From positions 18,332-82,331 of the forward strand of contig JBHHWO010000001.1 in NCBI GenBank assembly GCA_046756565.1: a stretch of DNA of 64,000 bases, given 5' to 3'. The notes under the pieces are model-generated. The model made no database searches. It had not been told where the DNA came from and worked only from the letters and a program-made list of their open reading frames with translations. Shown piece by piece: positions 44,139 to 54,561 of the stretch (the first letter of the stretch is position 1; each line of letters begins with the position of its first letter). The stretch comes from Thermoanaerobaculia bacterium. Lineage in GTDB: Bacteria > Acidobacteriota > Thermoanaerobaculia > Multivoradales > JAHEKO01. A program made the position numbers and the translations under genes.

Positions 44139-47100
44139 TCAGAAGATCCCGCCACTCGGCTTGGCGCAAGCCGTGCCGGTGATCGGGATCGACCCCCCAT
44201 CCACGTCGACGAAGGGCGGATTGAGCGTTGCGCTCGGCGTGCCGGTACCAGCGTCTCTCGTGTTTGGACCGCCTCGCACGCCGTCGTCGGCCAACTCGGC
44301 CTCGCAGTCTCCGGTGGAGCCGCCCGTACAGGGACCGGACGCCGCGTTGTTGACCGTGCCCTGGTACAGCACGATGGACCCTACGCCCGCCTCTTCCTCG
44401 AACTCGAAGCCGTCGGGTGAGACCGCGGTGTCGAGCGCCACGCATATCGTGCCGCCGCCACCCACGTTCGACGACTCGAATTCGACCGTCTCGGTCGTTG
44501 AAAAGAAGGCCTGGTCGTGGAACACCATCGTCTCGTTCTCGATCGACAGGTCGAGGTTGCCGCCGTTCCTCACCCGGTTTCGTGTCGGGATACCCGGCAC
44601 GGTAAAGGTGCCGAAGAACGGGTCCGGGCTGAAGAAGTCGTCTCGCCCGCGATGGCTGTTGCCGGTGATGAGCACCGCCGCCGAGGCGTTCCGATCGCCT
44701 CGGAGGAGGTAGGGCGAATTGATCGGACCGTTGAACACGTTGTCGTTGACTCGCACCTGGGCGTCGCCGTTGACCGAGCCACCACCGCCGCCGACGTCGT
44801 TCTCGAAGATGAGTGAGAGAGCTCCGTCGCCGCCAGCGGCCGTCATGATCTCGTCGGTCGTGCTGCCCATCCGATCGTCCGGTCCGACAGCCACGCCGAA
44901 CTGGTTGTACTCGACGATGCCGTCCAGTGTGCCGCCGCGCATGCGCAGCGCCAAGCCGCCCTGAGGGAAGTTACCGAACGTCGAGAGCGTGCTCGAGTGG
45001 TCGGTGACCCGGAAGGTATTGTTGGCGACTATGGCGTCGAGGTCGCCGGAAGCGCTGGCCTGGTGGGCGATCAGGACAGAGGCGAACTTGCAGTTGATGA
45101 ACTCGTTGCCGTCGTCGCCGTCCACGTGACCCGCAGTGGTATCCGTCTGATCACCGATCGTGACAGTCGTAGTGGTCGAGCCCTCGGAGGACACGGAGAT
45201 GCAGAACCTGCCGAGCGAAGCGATGGTGCCGCTGGTGAACTCTTTGTAGGCGTCGGTGAAGTCGCTGTCGGTGACCGTGACCGCGAGCGAGCCCGAGGAA
45301 GCGGAGAACAGCTCCAAAAGGGCGGCTCCCCGCCTGAACAAGCTGCCCGTCACGCTGGCTGTGCCGTCGATGCCGACAATTCGAATTGCTCCCTCGTCCT
45401 GATTGTCGGCGAGCCCGGCGACATGGAACCGGTTGGTGTCCTCGAGCAGGCTGTCGACCACGGTGAGGCCGGTCCAAGTGGTCGCCGAGACGCCGTTCGT
45501 GAAGAGAGCGCCGTTGACCGCCTGGTCGCTGATTCGCCGGATGATCGTATTGTCGAGAGTCAGGCCACCGCCAACGGCCTCGCCGTGAATGGCGTCGTCC
45601 TGGCTGCGGTCATCGATCACTCCGGCCGTGGTGCCAATGTCCTCGAAGAGCATGTTCTCGAAAGTCACCCGGCCGCCGGTGGTGTCGAGTGTGACCGCAT
45701 CGCCGTCGATGTTTTCGATCGTGCCGCCGTCACAGTCGAGTGTCATCGCGGTGTTGCCGCACGGACCGTCGATCCCGGTCACCGAGAACGTGCCGGCCCC
45801 GGTGGTGTCGAGGTTGATGGCAGGGTTGGTGCTCGTGCCGCCGCCGTCGACGTCGATCGACTGGAAGGTGACGCCGGCGCCACCGATCGTGACCGAGTCA
45901 ATGTCGACCGCTGTGCCCGAGACCGCCGTCGTGGCACCGACGGTGTTGACCACCGGCGTTCCGCCACCGGCTCCGCAGTTGGTGTCGGCGCAGACGTTGA
46001 CCGTGCCGCTGGTGCTCGCGTTGAAGGCGGTGCTGCCACCGGTGTCGAGGGTCATGCCGCCGGAGAAGGTCACCGTACCGGCACCGTTGCCGCTCAGATT
46101 GATGCCGGTGCCGTCTTCGTCGATGGAACCGCTGAAGAGAGCGGTGCCGCCGGTGCGTCCGGTTACTTCCACCGCGCGCGCGGTCGAGTTGGAGATCGTC
46201 GCGGCCACGGTGACGTTGCCGCTGCCGGCGTTGACGTCGACGGCGTTGCCGGCAGGATCGTTGCTCGACCCGATCGAGCCGCCGTTGATGTTGACCGCGT
46301 TGGTGTTGGTCCCGACGTCGATGCCAGCACCCGTCGTCCCGTCGATGTCGACGGTCGAAAAGGTCACCGTGCCGTTGGCACCCAGCAGATTGATGCCGGC
46401 GTCGGCTGTGGCGTCGATCGTCGCCGAGGTGAAGTTGAACGCCGCGCTCGACGAGACGATCGAGATGCCGTCGGCCGTGCCACCGGTGCCGTTGATGTCG
46501 ACAGCGCCGCCGTTGAAGGTGCCCGCATTGGTGGTGTTGATGACGCTGATACCGGCAGTGCTGCCACCGGTACCGGTTTTGTTGATGGTGTTCCAGTTGA
46601 TATCACCTGCACCGATCGCGACGCCCGAAAGATTGACGGTGGTTCCGTCGACCACGTCGATCGTGTTGACAACACCGGTACCTCCGCCGGCCTCGCAGTT
46701 GGTATCGGCGCAGACCTCGACCGTGCCGCTGGTCGTGGCGCTGAAGCCCGTGTTGCTCCCGCTGACGTCGATGTCGATCCCGCCGGAGAAAGACACGATC
46801 CCGGCGCCGTTCGAATCCAGCCCGATCCCGGCGCTGTTCTCGTCGACGGCCCCGGTGATTGCCACTTCGGTACCCATGTAGCCGGTGACTTCGACCGTAC
46901 GACCCATGCTGTTGGACAAGCTCGCACCGATCGTCACGTTGCCGCTGCCGCCGTTGACGTCGAGGCTGCGGTTGGCCGTGCCCTGAATCGTTCCTCCGCT
47001 CACTGTGAACGAACCGGTCGCCGCGCTGTTGAGCAGAATCCCGTTCGCACCGCCGTTCTTGTTGACGGTATCGAACGTGACTCCGATCCCACCGATCGTG

Positions 47101-50100
47101 GTGGTGTCGATGTCGACGGCGGTGCCGGTCGTCGTGTCGATTGTCGTGCTGACCGCCGTCGAATCCACGTTCACCGTGCCTCCGAGGGTGGCCGTGAAGG
47201 CGGCCCCGGAAGTCGTGTCGATATCGAGGCCGCCCGTGAAGTTGACGATGGCACCCGCGTTACTCGCCATGGATACGCCGCCGCCGACCGTAGATACCGT
47301 GGCGTTGTCCACGGTGGTCGCACCGGAGAACGTCGCCACGAGCGGCACGGTCTGGCCGTTGTTGTTCTTGATGTCGATCGCGGCCGAGGCGGTTTCGCGA
47401 ATGTCGATGGTGCCGTCCACGGTGACCGCGCCCTCGACGTCGTCGAGGACGATTCCCTGGCTGCCGCCAGCACCGTTGGCGTCCACGGTGACGTTGTTGA
47501 AAAAGGCGTTCACGGTCACCGGATCGAGGTCGATTCCGGTGCCGCCGATCGTATTGACGTCGGCGCTCGCGGCATTGCCAGCGTCGACGTTCAAGGTGAA
47601 GGTGTTGGCTTTCGAGTTCTGAATCGAGAGCCCCGTGCCGCCGCTGTTGGCGACTTCTAGATCGTCGAAGGTCAGCGTGCCGCTGACGCCGTCCAGAGCC
47701 AGGCCGGCGCCGTTGACCCGCGCCGCGACCGTTCCGATGACGCCGTTGCCTCCGGGAGCCGCCGAGCCGCCGCCGGAGTCAAAGGTGGCCGAGGTCACCG
47801 AGATCCCCGAACCGGTGCCGGCGCCGCCGGTCACCGTCAGCGTGTCGAAGTTCGCGATCGTGGTCGTGCCACCGGCCGAGCCGTTGACATCCAGGGCCGC
47901 CGAGCCGGTGGCCGATTGGAGCGTCAGGGTGTCGAAATCCAGGGTGGTGGCGCCCGCCGTCGTATCGATATCGATACCCGAAGCAGCGCCCGCAACGCCG
48001 CTGTTCTGGACCGTCAAGCTGGTCACGTCGGCGCCCGAGATCCCGTCGCCGGCGCCCCCGTTGCCGATCTCGACCCCGTCGATGGTAGCCGCGGCCGACG
48101 ACGCCACGGTTACCGTGTCTGTGGCGGCGGCGGTCGTGGTCAGAAGCGGCGCACCCGACGTCGGATTCGGGTTGTCGATCGTAGCGGCCGGGATGCCGGT
48201 GACCAGGAGATTCGCCGGAGCGCCCCCGGAGACCGCGAACGAGTCCTGAGCCGCGAAGCTCAGGAGCGACTGGCCGTCGGCCAGATCGAAGCTCCCGGTC
48301 ATGCCCTGGGCCGCCGAGTTGGCGTCGATCACGTCCTGGCCCGCGCCGGCCTGGTCTAGCAGCACGATGAACTGGGCGCCGCTCGCCTCCGCCCCCGCCA
48401 GGTTGCCGGGGCTCGCCGATGTACCGGTTCCCGTACCGACGGCATCGACGAAGTAGGCGTCGACCGAGAGGTTCGAGATCGCGCTGTTGCCGAAGTCGAC
48501 GTCCTCGAAGTCATAGGTGCCGTTGGTGCCGTTCATGCCCGCGATGACGATGGCGAAGCCGCCGTTCTCGGTGTCGATCGAGCTGTCGAGCGGCGTGTCG
48601 TTGCCGTCGCCGAACTGCACCAGTGCCGTGTTATTGGCGTTGGTGAGGTCGACGCCCACGTCGACGCCCTGGATGTCACTCGGGTTCGTGGTCGTGACGT
48701 CCTTGGTGTTGGTGGTCCCGGTGAGATCGATCCCGACGCTGCCCGCAGGCGGCGTGCCGACCGTTCCGGTGACGTCGAGGGTGTTGAAGGCGACCTTGGT
48801 GTTGCCGACGTTCGAGAGATCCAGACCGGTCACGCTCGCCCCGACGCCGGTGATGTCGACGTCGGCGAAAGTGACGTCGCCGTTCGAGCCCTGGATGTCG
48901 ATCCCGGCAGTGCCCGGGGTTCCGATCGTCGTCGCGCCGGTGAAGGTCATCGTGGCCGGGCTGTCCGAGATCAGGATGCCGTCGGCGGTGGTGTTCGAGA
49001 TGTCGGTCGTGCCGGTGACCTGGAAGGTGCCGGAGACCTCGTCGATCTCGATGCCGTTGGTGCCGCCCGAGGCCGTGACCGAGGTGAGCGTCATGGCCGT
49101 CGTCAGCGGATCCAGGAACATGGCCGGTCCGCCGCTGGTGTTGATCGTGCCCGAACCTGCCGCCAGATTGAAGTTGGTCGCGGCGCCCTTGGTGTTGACC
49201 TCGAGACCGGTACCGGCGTTGTTGAAGATGCTGAGCGTCGAGAAGTTGACGTCGCCAGTCGGGTCGAGGAATGAGAGACCGTCGCCCTGGACTCGCTGCG
49301 CCGCCATGGCTCCCTGGCCGATGTTCGTGGTCCCGCCGACTACCTGCTGGTTGCCCGCGAGGCCGAGATTGCTGTCGAAGCCGACCTTGTCGAAGAGCAT
49401 GCCGCCGCCCGTGCCGTTGGCGGTGACGGTCTGACCGGTTCCGGCGGTGCTCAAGGCGGTCACGACGATCGTGCTGTTGTTCGCGTTGATGTTCTGCCCG
49501 GTGACCTTCACGGCCTCGCCCCCGCCACCGTTCTCCCAGGTGTTGGAGCCGAGGTTGAGTCGCACCGTGTTCGCCGCGGGCGAGCCGCTGCCCTCGTTGA
49601 TCCGCAGCGGGAAGGAGGCGGTGCGCAGGTTGTTGCCGGAGACGTTGGCAGTCAGAATCCCGGTGCCGCTCGAGTTGATGTCGATGCCTCGCGCGCCGAT
49701 CGGCGGCATGCCTACAGTCGCGGTGTTGTTCTGCAGAGTCATCGTCCGCGCTGTGGCGTCGCTGTTGGTGATCGAGATGCCATCGTTGACAATCGAGGCA
49801 GTGGCGCCGAGCGTCACGCCGATGACCGAAAGGCTCGTGTTGATGACCAGGATCCCGTTGCTGGCGTTGTCGACACCGCCGCCGTTCACCGCCACCGAGC
49901 CGGAAGCGTTCGCTCGCAGCCCATCTCCGACCGACTGATTGATGTCGAGGTTCGCGAAGGTCACCGAGCCGGGGCTCGAATCCACGTTCACAGCGCGGCC
50001 GGTGCCGTTGGTGATCGCGGTCGTTCCGTCGAAGGTGAAGGTCCCGGCGGAGCCGGCCAGGATGTCGATGCCGGCATCGCCGCCGTTCAGGGTAACGTTG

Positions 50101-53100
50101 CCATTGAAGTCGTACGAGGACCCGTCGGCGTTGTTGAACTGAAGGCCGTCGCCGTTCGTAGCATCGAGGGTGCCGTCGGCAGTTATCGCACCAGTGTGGC
50201 CATTCGTCACACTGAGCGCCGATGCGTTCTGGCTCTGGCCAACCGAGCTCGATGCGCCGAAGTTGACGATCGAGGAGCCACCGTTGACGTCGATCCCGGC
50301 CGCGGCGGCGCCGGGGACGATGTCTGTGTCGGCGAACGTGAACGTCCCTGAGCCGCCGTCGATGTCGATGCCCTCGGAGCCCGTCAGCTCGGCGTCAGCG
50401 GTCAGGTTCGCATTCTGACCGACCGAGCTCAGGAAGATCCCCGTTCCCGCGCCGGAGTCCTGGAGGGCGTCGGCGGCGGCTGAGTCGAAGGTGATGGTGT
50501 TAGCGCCGGCGGCCGTGTTATTGATTTCGATCAGATCCCCTGCGTTGTTGGTGATGGCCCCGGCGTAGGTCACCGACGGGTTGTTGGTGCCGTCGCCGGT
50601 GACGTTGAAGGCGTCGCCGGTCGGGTTGGTGATCGAGGTGGTTCCGGCGAAGGTGAACGTCCCGTCGCTGTTGCCGAGGATGTCGATCCCGGCGTCGCCG
50701 CCGTTCAGGGTCGTTGTGCCGTCGAAGCCGTAGGTGCCGTCGGCATTGTCGAACTGGAGGCCGTCGCCATCGGTGGCGTTGATGCTGCCGTCGAAATCGA
50801 TCCCTCCGCTGTTGTGACCGTTGCCGACGTTGACCACGGTCTGGGTGCCGTTCTGCCCGAACGTGCTGGCCGCGCCGAAGTCGACCTGCGCGGTGCCGCC
50901 GTCGATGTCGAGGGCGGTGCCGGTGGGATTGGTGATGTCGGTGTCGGCGAACGTGAAGGTCCCGGAGCCGCCGTCGATGTCGATGCCCTCGCTGCCAGTG
51001 AGGGTCGCCGTGCCGGTGAAGTCGACATCCTGGGCCACGTTATTCAAGAAGACGCCGGTGCCGCTGTCGACGATGGCGCCGGTTTGGAACGTGATCGTGT
51101 TAGCCCCTGCCGCGGTGTTGTTGACCTGGATGACGTTCCCGGCGTTGTTGGTGATCGTCCCCGAGTAGATGACCAACGGGTTGTTGGCGCCGTCGCCAGT
51201 GACGTTGAAGGCGTCACCGCTCGGGCTGGTGATCGAGGTGGTTCCGGCGAAGGTGAACGTCCCGTCGCTGTTGCCGAGGATGTCGATCCCGGCGTCGCCA
51301 CCGTTGAGAGTCGTCGTGCCGTTGAAGTCGTAGGTGCCGTCGGCGTCGGCGAACTGAAGGCCGTCGCCGTTGGTTGTGTTGATCGTCGAGGCGGCGTCGA
51401 AGGTGATCGACCCGCTCACGCCGTTCACGTCGAGCGTCGTGTTGCCGATGCCCTGAGTGATCGAACCGTCGTTGAAGTCGAAATCGGGACTTCCACCGGT
51501 GATCCGAATCGGGATACCTATGCCGGTGGTACTCGTGATGTCGACGTTGGTGAATAACCACGACCCGGTGCCGTTGGTGATGTCCACCGCGATCGGCGCT
51601 GCCGCCACCAGATCCAGCTGGACCAGCTCGACCTGGATCGGGCCGGCGATGTTGGTCCCATCGATGCCGTCGCCGTTGACGGCATCCAAGTCGAGGCCGC
51701 GGATGACGACTGTGTCGGCCAAGCTAATCACCGGGGCCAGAGGCGCCGCCAGGCCATCGCTGATCAACGGCGCGTTCCCCGCCGCCACGATCGTCCCGAA
51801 CGGCGCGACGGTGAGACCCACCAGCTCACCCAGGAGCTCCTGACCGGCCTTCAGCATGATCCCCTGGTTCTGGCTGCTGTCGGTGCCGTTCCCCTCGAAC
51901 ACGAAGATCGTGTCGCCAGCCCCGGAAGCCGCTTCCGCGTCCTTGAGCACCTTGAACGGATCGGTGGAGGTTCCGGTGCCCGGACCGGCGACCGAGTTGT
52001 CGACGAACCAGATCAGATCCGAGATGTTGATAGTGACCGTTCCAACGTCGCCGCCCTCGTTGTCGCTGACTGTGTAGTTGAAGGTATCGGTCGGGCCCGC
52101 GAAACCGGGCGGCGGCGAGTAGGTGAACGTGCCGTCGGCCGCCATGTTGACGGTCGCTCCCGAGCCCAGCACCGTCGGGTTGCCGACGTTGCCCGCGACC
52201 CCTTCGACCGCGGAGACGACCAGCGGCGGTGGCGGCCCGTCCGGATCGACGTCGTCGTCGAGCACCGAGCCGGCGGCCAGAATCTGCGCCGGCGTCACCG
52301 GCTGGGAGTCGCCGGAGTTGTCCACCCGCAGCCCGGTGTTGCCGAGCGTGTCGTACATGTCGTCGGTCGCGGTCGGCGGTGTATCGTCAGTCACCTCGAC
52401 CGTGATGTCCTGGCTGTCGGTCAAGGTCGCCGAGTCGGTCACGGTGGCCGTGACCTCGTACTTGTTGTCGCCGTTCAGATCGGTTGGATTCTCGAAATCG
52501 GGAGCCATCACGAACGCCAGGATTCCGAAAGCGTCGATGGTGAGCTTGGCCGCGTCGTCGCCCGAGAGCGAGTAGACCAAGCCACCACCACCCTCGGTGT
52601 CGCCTTCGGCGTCGGTGGCGTCGACGTCGGTCACAGCGGTCGTGTTCTCGGGAACCGACACCATGGCCGCATCGCCGCCGCCGTTCGACGTGATCACCGG
52701 CGGCTGGTTCAGGCTCGGGTCGATGATCGCCGTGAAGCCGGCGCTGCCTTCGACCGAAAAGCCGTTGAAGAGCACGATCTTCTGACCGGCCCGGTACGTT
52801 ACACGGCCGCGCGGGATGATCTGAGTGTTCTCCGAGGTCACCATGTTGCAGGCGACAAACTCGGCAAAGACCGAGATCACCATGTTGTCGACGGCGAGGT
52901 TGGGAGTGCAGGCGGGCGGGGCGCTCAGCGGCTCGGGCTCCTCGCCGAGGAGGTCCGCAGGAGCCGAGCCGGAGAACTCGGCAGGTAGAGCGACGGGACC
53001 GCCACCCGGATCGGGCCGTTGGTTGCGTTCCGGCTCGCCGCCGCACGAGTCGATCACCTCGATTCGGTCGGAGGGCACCAGATCCGAACCGGTCAGGTTC

Positions 53101-54014
53101 ACTCCCTCGCAGGCCCTTAGGCGAAATGCGTCGGGCGCGTCCGAAGCCGCGCTGACCGAGCCGCGCCCGTAGCGCCAGCTCATGCCCCCGAGCTCGGAGG
53201 CCACCGAGATCCGGTCGTCCGCTCCGCCGCTGGCTCGAAGCTCGGCTCCGTCGAGAAGAACCGAATCCTGGGCGACCACAGTGATCTCGGCGCGCTCGCC
53301 CCCTTGCGCTTCGACGCGGCCGCGCCTGGGCCCGGTCCCGCGAGCCAGGTCCCGGCCGTCGATCGAAAGGTCTTGACAGGAGTCCATCACGACGCTTGCT
53401 CCGGGACCGTCTCCGATCGCGGCCACGAAGCCGAAGACATCAATGCCGCAGCCGGCGATGTTCACCTGCCCGCCCAGGCCGTCGCCGCCCGTAGCGAGTA
53501 CGGTCCCCGAAGTCCCGACCCGTACACCCTCGCCTGGGCCACCCAGAGACCCGATCGCCACTCTCGCCGGCTTACCGCCCGCACCGATCGCGGAAACCAG
53601 GCCGTCGATCTCGACGCGGCCTCGCGCGGAGAGCAGAACTTCGCCCCGATTCGCCACGGCGAAAGCGCCCTGGCGAACCAGAAGATCGCCCGCGGCTTCG
53701 ATCGACAGGCTCCCGCGCGCTCCGATCCCGGCTCCGGGGAGAATCGCCAGATCGCCCCGCACCGCGATCCGCATGTCGCAGGGCCCGGTCTCCTCGTCCT
53801 CGCCGCAGCTCAGCCGGCCCTCGAGCACCATGCTGTGCGGCACGGTCCAGACGCCGTCGGCCGCGCCATCCAGGTCCTCGATCGAGCCGTCGAGGCTCGA
53901 GAACGCGAGATCACCGGCCACTTCCGGCGTCCGGTCAGCCGAAGGCGCCGACACCGACAGGATCAGTGTCAGCGGGACAAAAAGCCTGAGCAAGCGCGCG
54001 CGTGCAGAGGACAT
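44139..54014 (-). CDS. Giant (3291 aa) secreted protein: signal peptide, cadherin-like domain, and several kb of degenerate parallel beta-helix-type repeats
   Basis: AAGGAG SD 6 nt before the ATG at 54014. Signal peptide MSSARARLLRLFVPLTLILSVSAPSA. The cadherin-like module is PVITSNGGGDAAMVSVPENTTAVTDVDATDAEGD...YEVTATVTDSATLTDSQDITVEVTDD. It is followed by long Gly/Thr/Asn/Asp-rich repeats (GDGLQF.NADGTY.F.GTTTLNGGDAGIDILGNSDGTFTF...). All + strand ORFs in this span are antisense shadows. Confidence 0.85.
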   Translation of the reverse strand: MSSARARLLRLFVPLTLILSVSAPSADRTPEVAGDLAFSSLDGSIEDLDGAADGVWTVPHSMVLEGRLSCGEDEETGPCDMRIAVRGDLAILPGAGIGARGSLSIEAAGDLLVRQGAFAVANRGEVLLSARGRVEIDGLVSAIGAGGKPARVAIGSLGGPGEGVRVGTSGTVLATGGDGLGGQVNIAGCGIDVFGFVAAIGDGPGASVVMDSCQDLSIDGRDLARGTGPRRGRVEAQGGERAEITVVAQDSVLLDGAELRASGGADDRISVASELGGMSWRYGRGSVSAASDAPDAFRLRACEGVNLTGSDLVPSDRIEVIDSCGGEPERNQRPDPGGGPVALPAEFSGSAPADLLGEEPEPLSAPPACTPNLAVDNMVISVFAEFVACNMVTSENTQIIPRGRVTYRAGQKIVLFNGFSVEGSAGFTAIIDPSLNQPPVITSNGGGDAAMVSVPENTTAVTDVDATDAEGDTEGGGGLVYSLSGDDAAKLTIDAFGILAFVMAPDFENPTDLNGDNKYEVTATVTDSATLTDSQDITVEVTDDTPPTATDDMYDTLGNTGLRVDNSGDSQPVTPAQILAAGSVLDDDVDPDGPPPPLVVSAVEGVAGNVGNPTVLGSGATVNMAADGTFTYSPPPGFAGPTDTFNYTVSDNEGGDVGTVTINISDLIWFVDNSVAGPGTGTSTDPFKVLKDAEAASGAGDTIFVFEGNGTDSSQNQGIMLKAGQELLGELVGLTVAPFGTIVAAGNAPLISDGLAAPLAPVISLADTVVIRGLDLDAVNGDGIDGTNIAGPIQVELVQLDLVAAAPIAVDITNGTGSWLFTNVDITSTTGIGIPIRITGGSPDFDFNDGSITQGIGNTTLDVNGVSGSITFDAASTINTTNGDGLQFADADGTYDFNGTTTLNGGDAGIDILGNSDGTFTFAGTTSITSPSGDAFNVTGDGANNPLVIYSGTITNNAGNVIQVNNTAAGANTITFQTGAIVDSGTGVFLNNVAQDVDFTGTATLTGSEGIDIDGGSGTFTFADTDITNPTGTALDIDGGTAQVDFGAASTFGQNGTQTVVNVGNGHNSGGIDFDGSINATDGDGLQFDNADGTYGFDGTTTLNGGDAGIDILGNSDGTFTFAGTTSITNPTGDAFNVTGDGTNNPSVTYAGAITNNAGDLIEINNTAAGANTITFDSAAADALQDSGAGTGIFLSSVGQNANLTADAELTGSEGIDIDGGSGTFTFADTDIVPGAAAAGIDVNGGSSIVNFGASSSVGQSQNASALSVTNGHTGAITADGTLDATNGDGLQFNNADGSSYDFNGNVTLNGGDAGIDILAGSAGTFTFDGTTAITNGTGRAVNVDSSPGSVTFANLDINQSVGDGLRANASGSVAVNGGGVDNASNGILVINTSLSVIGVTLGATASIVNDGISITNSDATARTMTLQNNTATVGMPPIGARGIDINSSGTGILTANVSGNNLRTASFPLRINEGSGSPAANTVRLNLGSNTWENGGGGEAVKVTGQNINANNSTIVVTALSTAGTGQTVTANGTGGGMLFDKVGFDSNLGLAGNQQVVGGTTNIGQGAMAAQRVQGDGLSFLDPTGDVNFSTLSIFNNAGTGLEVNTKGAATNFNLAAGSGTINTSGGPAMFLDPLTTAMTLTSVTASGGTNGIEIDEVSGTFQVTGTTDISNTTADGILISDSPATMTFTGATTIGTPGTAGIDIQGSNGDVTFADVDITGVGASVTGLDLSNVGNTKVAFNTLDVTGTVGTPPAGSVGIDLTGTTNTKDVTTTNPSDIQGVDVGVDLTNANNTALVQFGDGNDTPLDSSIDTENGGFAIVIAGMNGTNGTYDFEDVDFGNSAISNLSVDAYFVDAVGTGTGTSASPGNLAGAEASGAQFIVLLDQAGAGQDVIDANSAAQGMTGSFDLADGQSLLSFAAQDSFAVSGGAPANLLVTGIPAATIDNPNPTSGAPLLTTTAAATDTVTVASSAAATIDGVEIGNGGAGDGISGADVTSLTVQNSGVAGAASGIDIDTTAGATTLDFDTLTLQSATGSAALDVNGSAGGTTTIANFDTLTVTGGAGTGSGISVTSATFDSGGGSAAPGGNGVIGTVAARVNGAGLALDGVSGTLTFDDLEVANSGGTGLSIQNSKANTFTLNVDAGNAASADVNTIGGTGIDLDPVTVNAFFNNVTVDANGAGGSQGIVLDDVEGAVTVDGTIDIRETASAAIDIKNNNGQTVPLVATFSGATTVDNATVSTVGGGVSMASNAGAIVNFTGGLDIDTTSGAAFTATLGGTVNVDSTAVSTTIDTTTGTAVDIDTTTIGGIGVTFDTVNKNGGANGILLNSAATGSFTVSGGTIQGTANRSLDVNGGSGNVTIGASLSNSMGRTVEVTGYMGTEVAITGAVDENSAGIGLDSNGAGIVSFSGGIDIDVSGSNTGFSATTSGTVEVCADTNCEAGGGTGVVNTIDVVDGTTVNLSGVAIGAGDINWNTINKTGTGGSTAGISVINTTNAGTFNGGAVDINGTGGTADGISIVSSSAAFNFTSATIDATADAGINLLGANGTVTFSTVDIDGTTGAGIDVGTNTNAVNINGGSIGSSNDPAGNAVDVNAGSGNVTVAATISNSTARAVEVTGRTGGTALFSGSIDEDGTGINLSGNGAGTVTFSGGMTLDTGGSTAFNASTSGTVNVCADTNCGAGGGTPVVNTVGATTAVSGTAVDIDSVTIGGAGVTFQSIDVDGGGTSTNPAINLDTTGAGTFSVTGIDGPCGNTAMTLDCDGGTIENIDGDAVTLDTTGGRVTFENMLFEDIGTTAGVIDDRSQDDAIHGEAVGGGLTLDNTIIRRISDQAVNGALFTNGVSATTWTGLTVVDSLLEDTNRFHVAGLADNQDEGAIRIVGIDGTASVTGSLFRRGAALLELFSASSGSLAVTVTDSDFTDAYKEFTSGTIASLGRFCISVSSEGSTTTTVTIGDQTDTTAGHVDGDDGNEFINCKFASVLIAHQASASGDLDAIVANNTFRVTDHSSTLSTFGNFPQGGLALRMRGGTLDGIVEYNQFGVAVGPDDRMGSTTDEIMTAAGGDGALSLIFENDVGGGGGSVNGDAQVRVNDNVFNGPINSPYLLRGDRNASAAVLITGNSHRGRDDFFSPDPFFGTFTVPGIPTRNRVRNGGNLDLSIENETMVFHDQAFFSTTETVEFESSNVGGGGTICVALDTAVSPDGFEFEEEAGVGSIVLYQGTVNNAASGPCTGGSTGDCEAELADDGVRGGPNTRDAGTGTPSATLNPPFVDVDGGSIPITGTACAKPSGGIF
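49990..51420 (-). repeat. Intragenic tandem repeat with a 600-bp (200-aa) period inside the giant gene, 2 close copies plus 1 diverged
   Basis: An exact 600-bp offset. 50641-50700 vs 51241-51300 match at 59/60 positions, 50581-50640 vs 51181-51240 at 55/60, and 50701-50760 vs 51301-51360 at 51/60 (counted by eye). A third, weaker copy lies near 50000-50160. Confidence 0.75.
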
Positions 54015-54030
54015 AGACGGCTCCTTTGAG

Positions 54031-54561
54031 CTAACAGGCCGCGACGATGTCGAGTGTGGCCGAGCAGAACGCCATGCCGAAGGCGGCCTGGTCGTCGAAG
54101 GTCACGTTCAGGGTGAAGGTCTCGCCGATCCCAAGCGGAGGAAAGGGGACATTCCCGGTCAGATCGAAGGGAAAGAACATCACCTGGCCGGCGGCGTCGG
54201 TCGGCAGAAAGTCATCCGGCAGCAGACTGGTGTTTCCCGGGTCGGTTGTCGTCGGCGTGCAGCGCAACACGGTCCCCACAGGCGGAATCGGGCTTACGGT
54301 CGCGATGATGTTCGAGATCACCGCATTCTGGCAGGCGACGCCCGGAACCGGCGGGTTCGGCAGGGACACCTCGAACGAGCAGCTGATCGTGTAGACGATC
54401 GAGGGCTGGGCGTAGGCCGCTCGAACGCCAAAGAAGCTCTTGACGCCCGGTTTGACGTAGGGCGCGCTCCCGAGCGCGAAGGCCCCTCCCGCGAGCATCG
54501 TAGATTTGAGGAGCTTGCGCCGAACGACGTCGACACTCCCAGCGTCGGTACTCTTCCTCAT
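54031..54561 (-). CDS. Small secreted protein with a twin-arginine-like signal, immediately upstream of the giant gene
   Basis: ATG at 54561 preceded by AGGAGG with a 6-nt spacer. MRKSTDAGSVDVVRRKLLKSTMLAGGAFALGSAPYV is Tat-like (RRKLL plus an h-region). The mature part is Cys-containing and beta-rich. It ends 16 nt before the giant gene start. Confidence 0.6.
   Translation of the reverse strand: MRKSTDAGSVDVVRRKLLKSTMLAGGAFALGSAPYVKPGVKSFFGVRAAYAQPSIVYTISCSFEVSLPNPPVPGVACQNAVISNIIATVSPIPPVGTVLRCTPTTTDPGNTSLLPDDFLPTDAAGQVMFFPFDLTGNVPFPPLGIGETFTLNVTFDDQAAFGMAFCSATLDIVAAC

Noticed and set aside
49990-51420. A possible CRISPR-like or non-coding tandem array, because of the regular near-identical repeats.
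   Set aside because: The period is 600 bp, in frame and inside a continuous ORF, and there is no short repeat/spacer structure. This is an intragenic protein repeat.
44417-54029. Many + strand ORFs inside the giant gene (e.g. 44997..47660 at 887 aa, 45589..46881, 53443..54591).
   Set aside because: These are antisense shadows typical of high-GC coding DNA. They have no starts with an SD and are low-complexity, whereas the minus-strand 3291-aa ORF has an SD, a signal peptide and recognisable domains.
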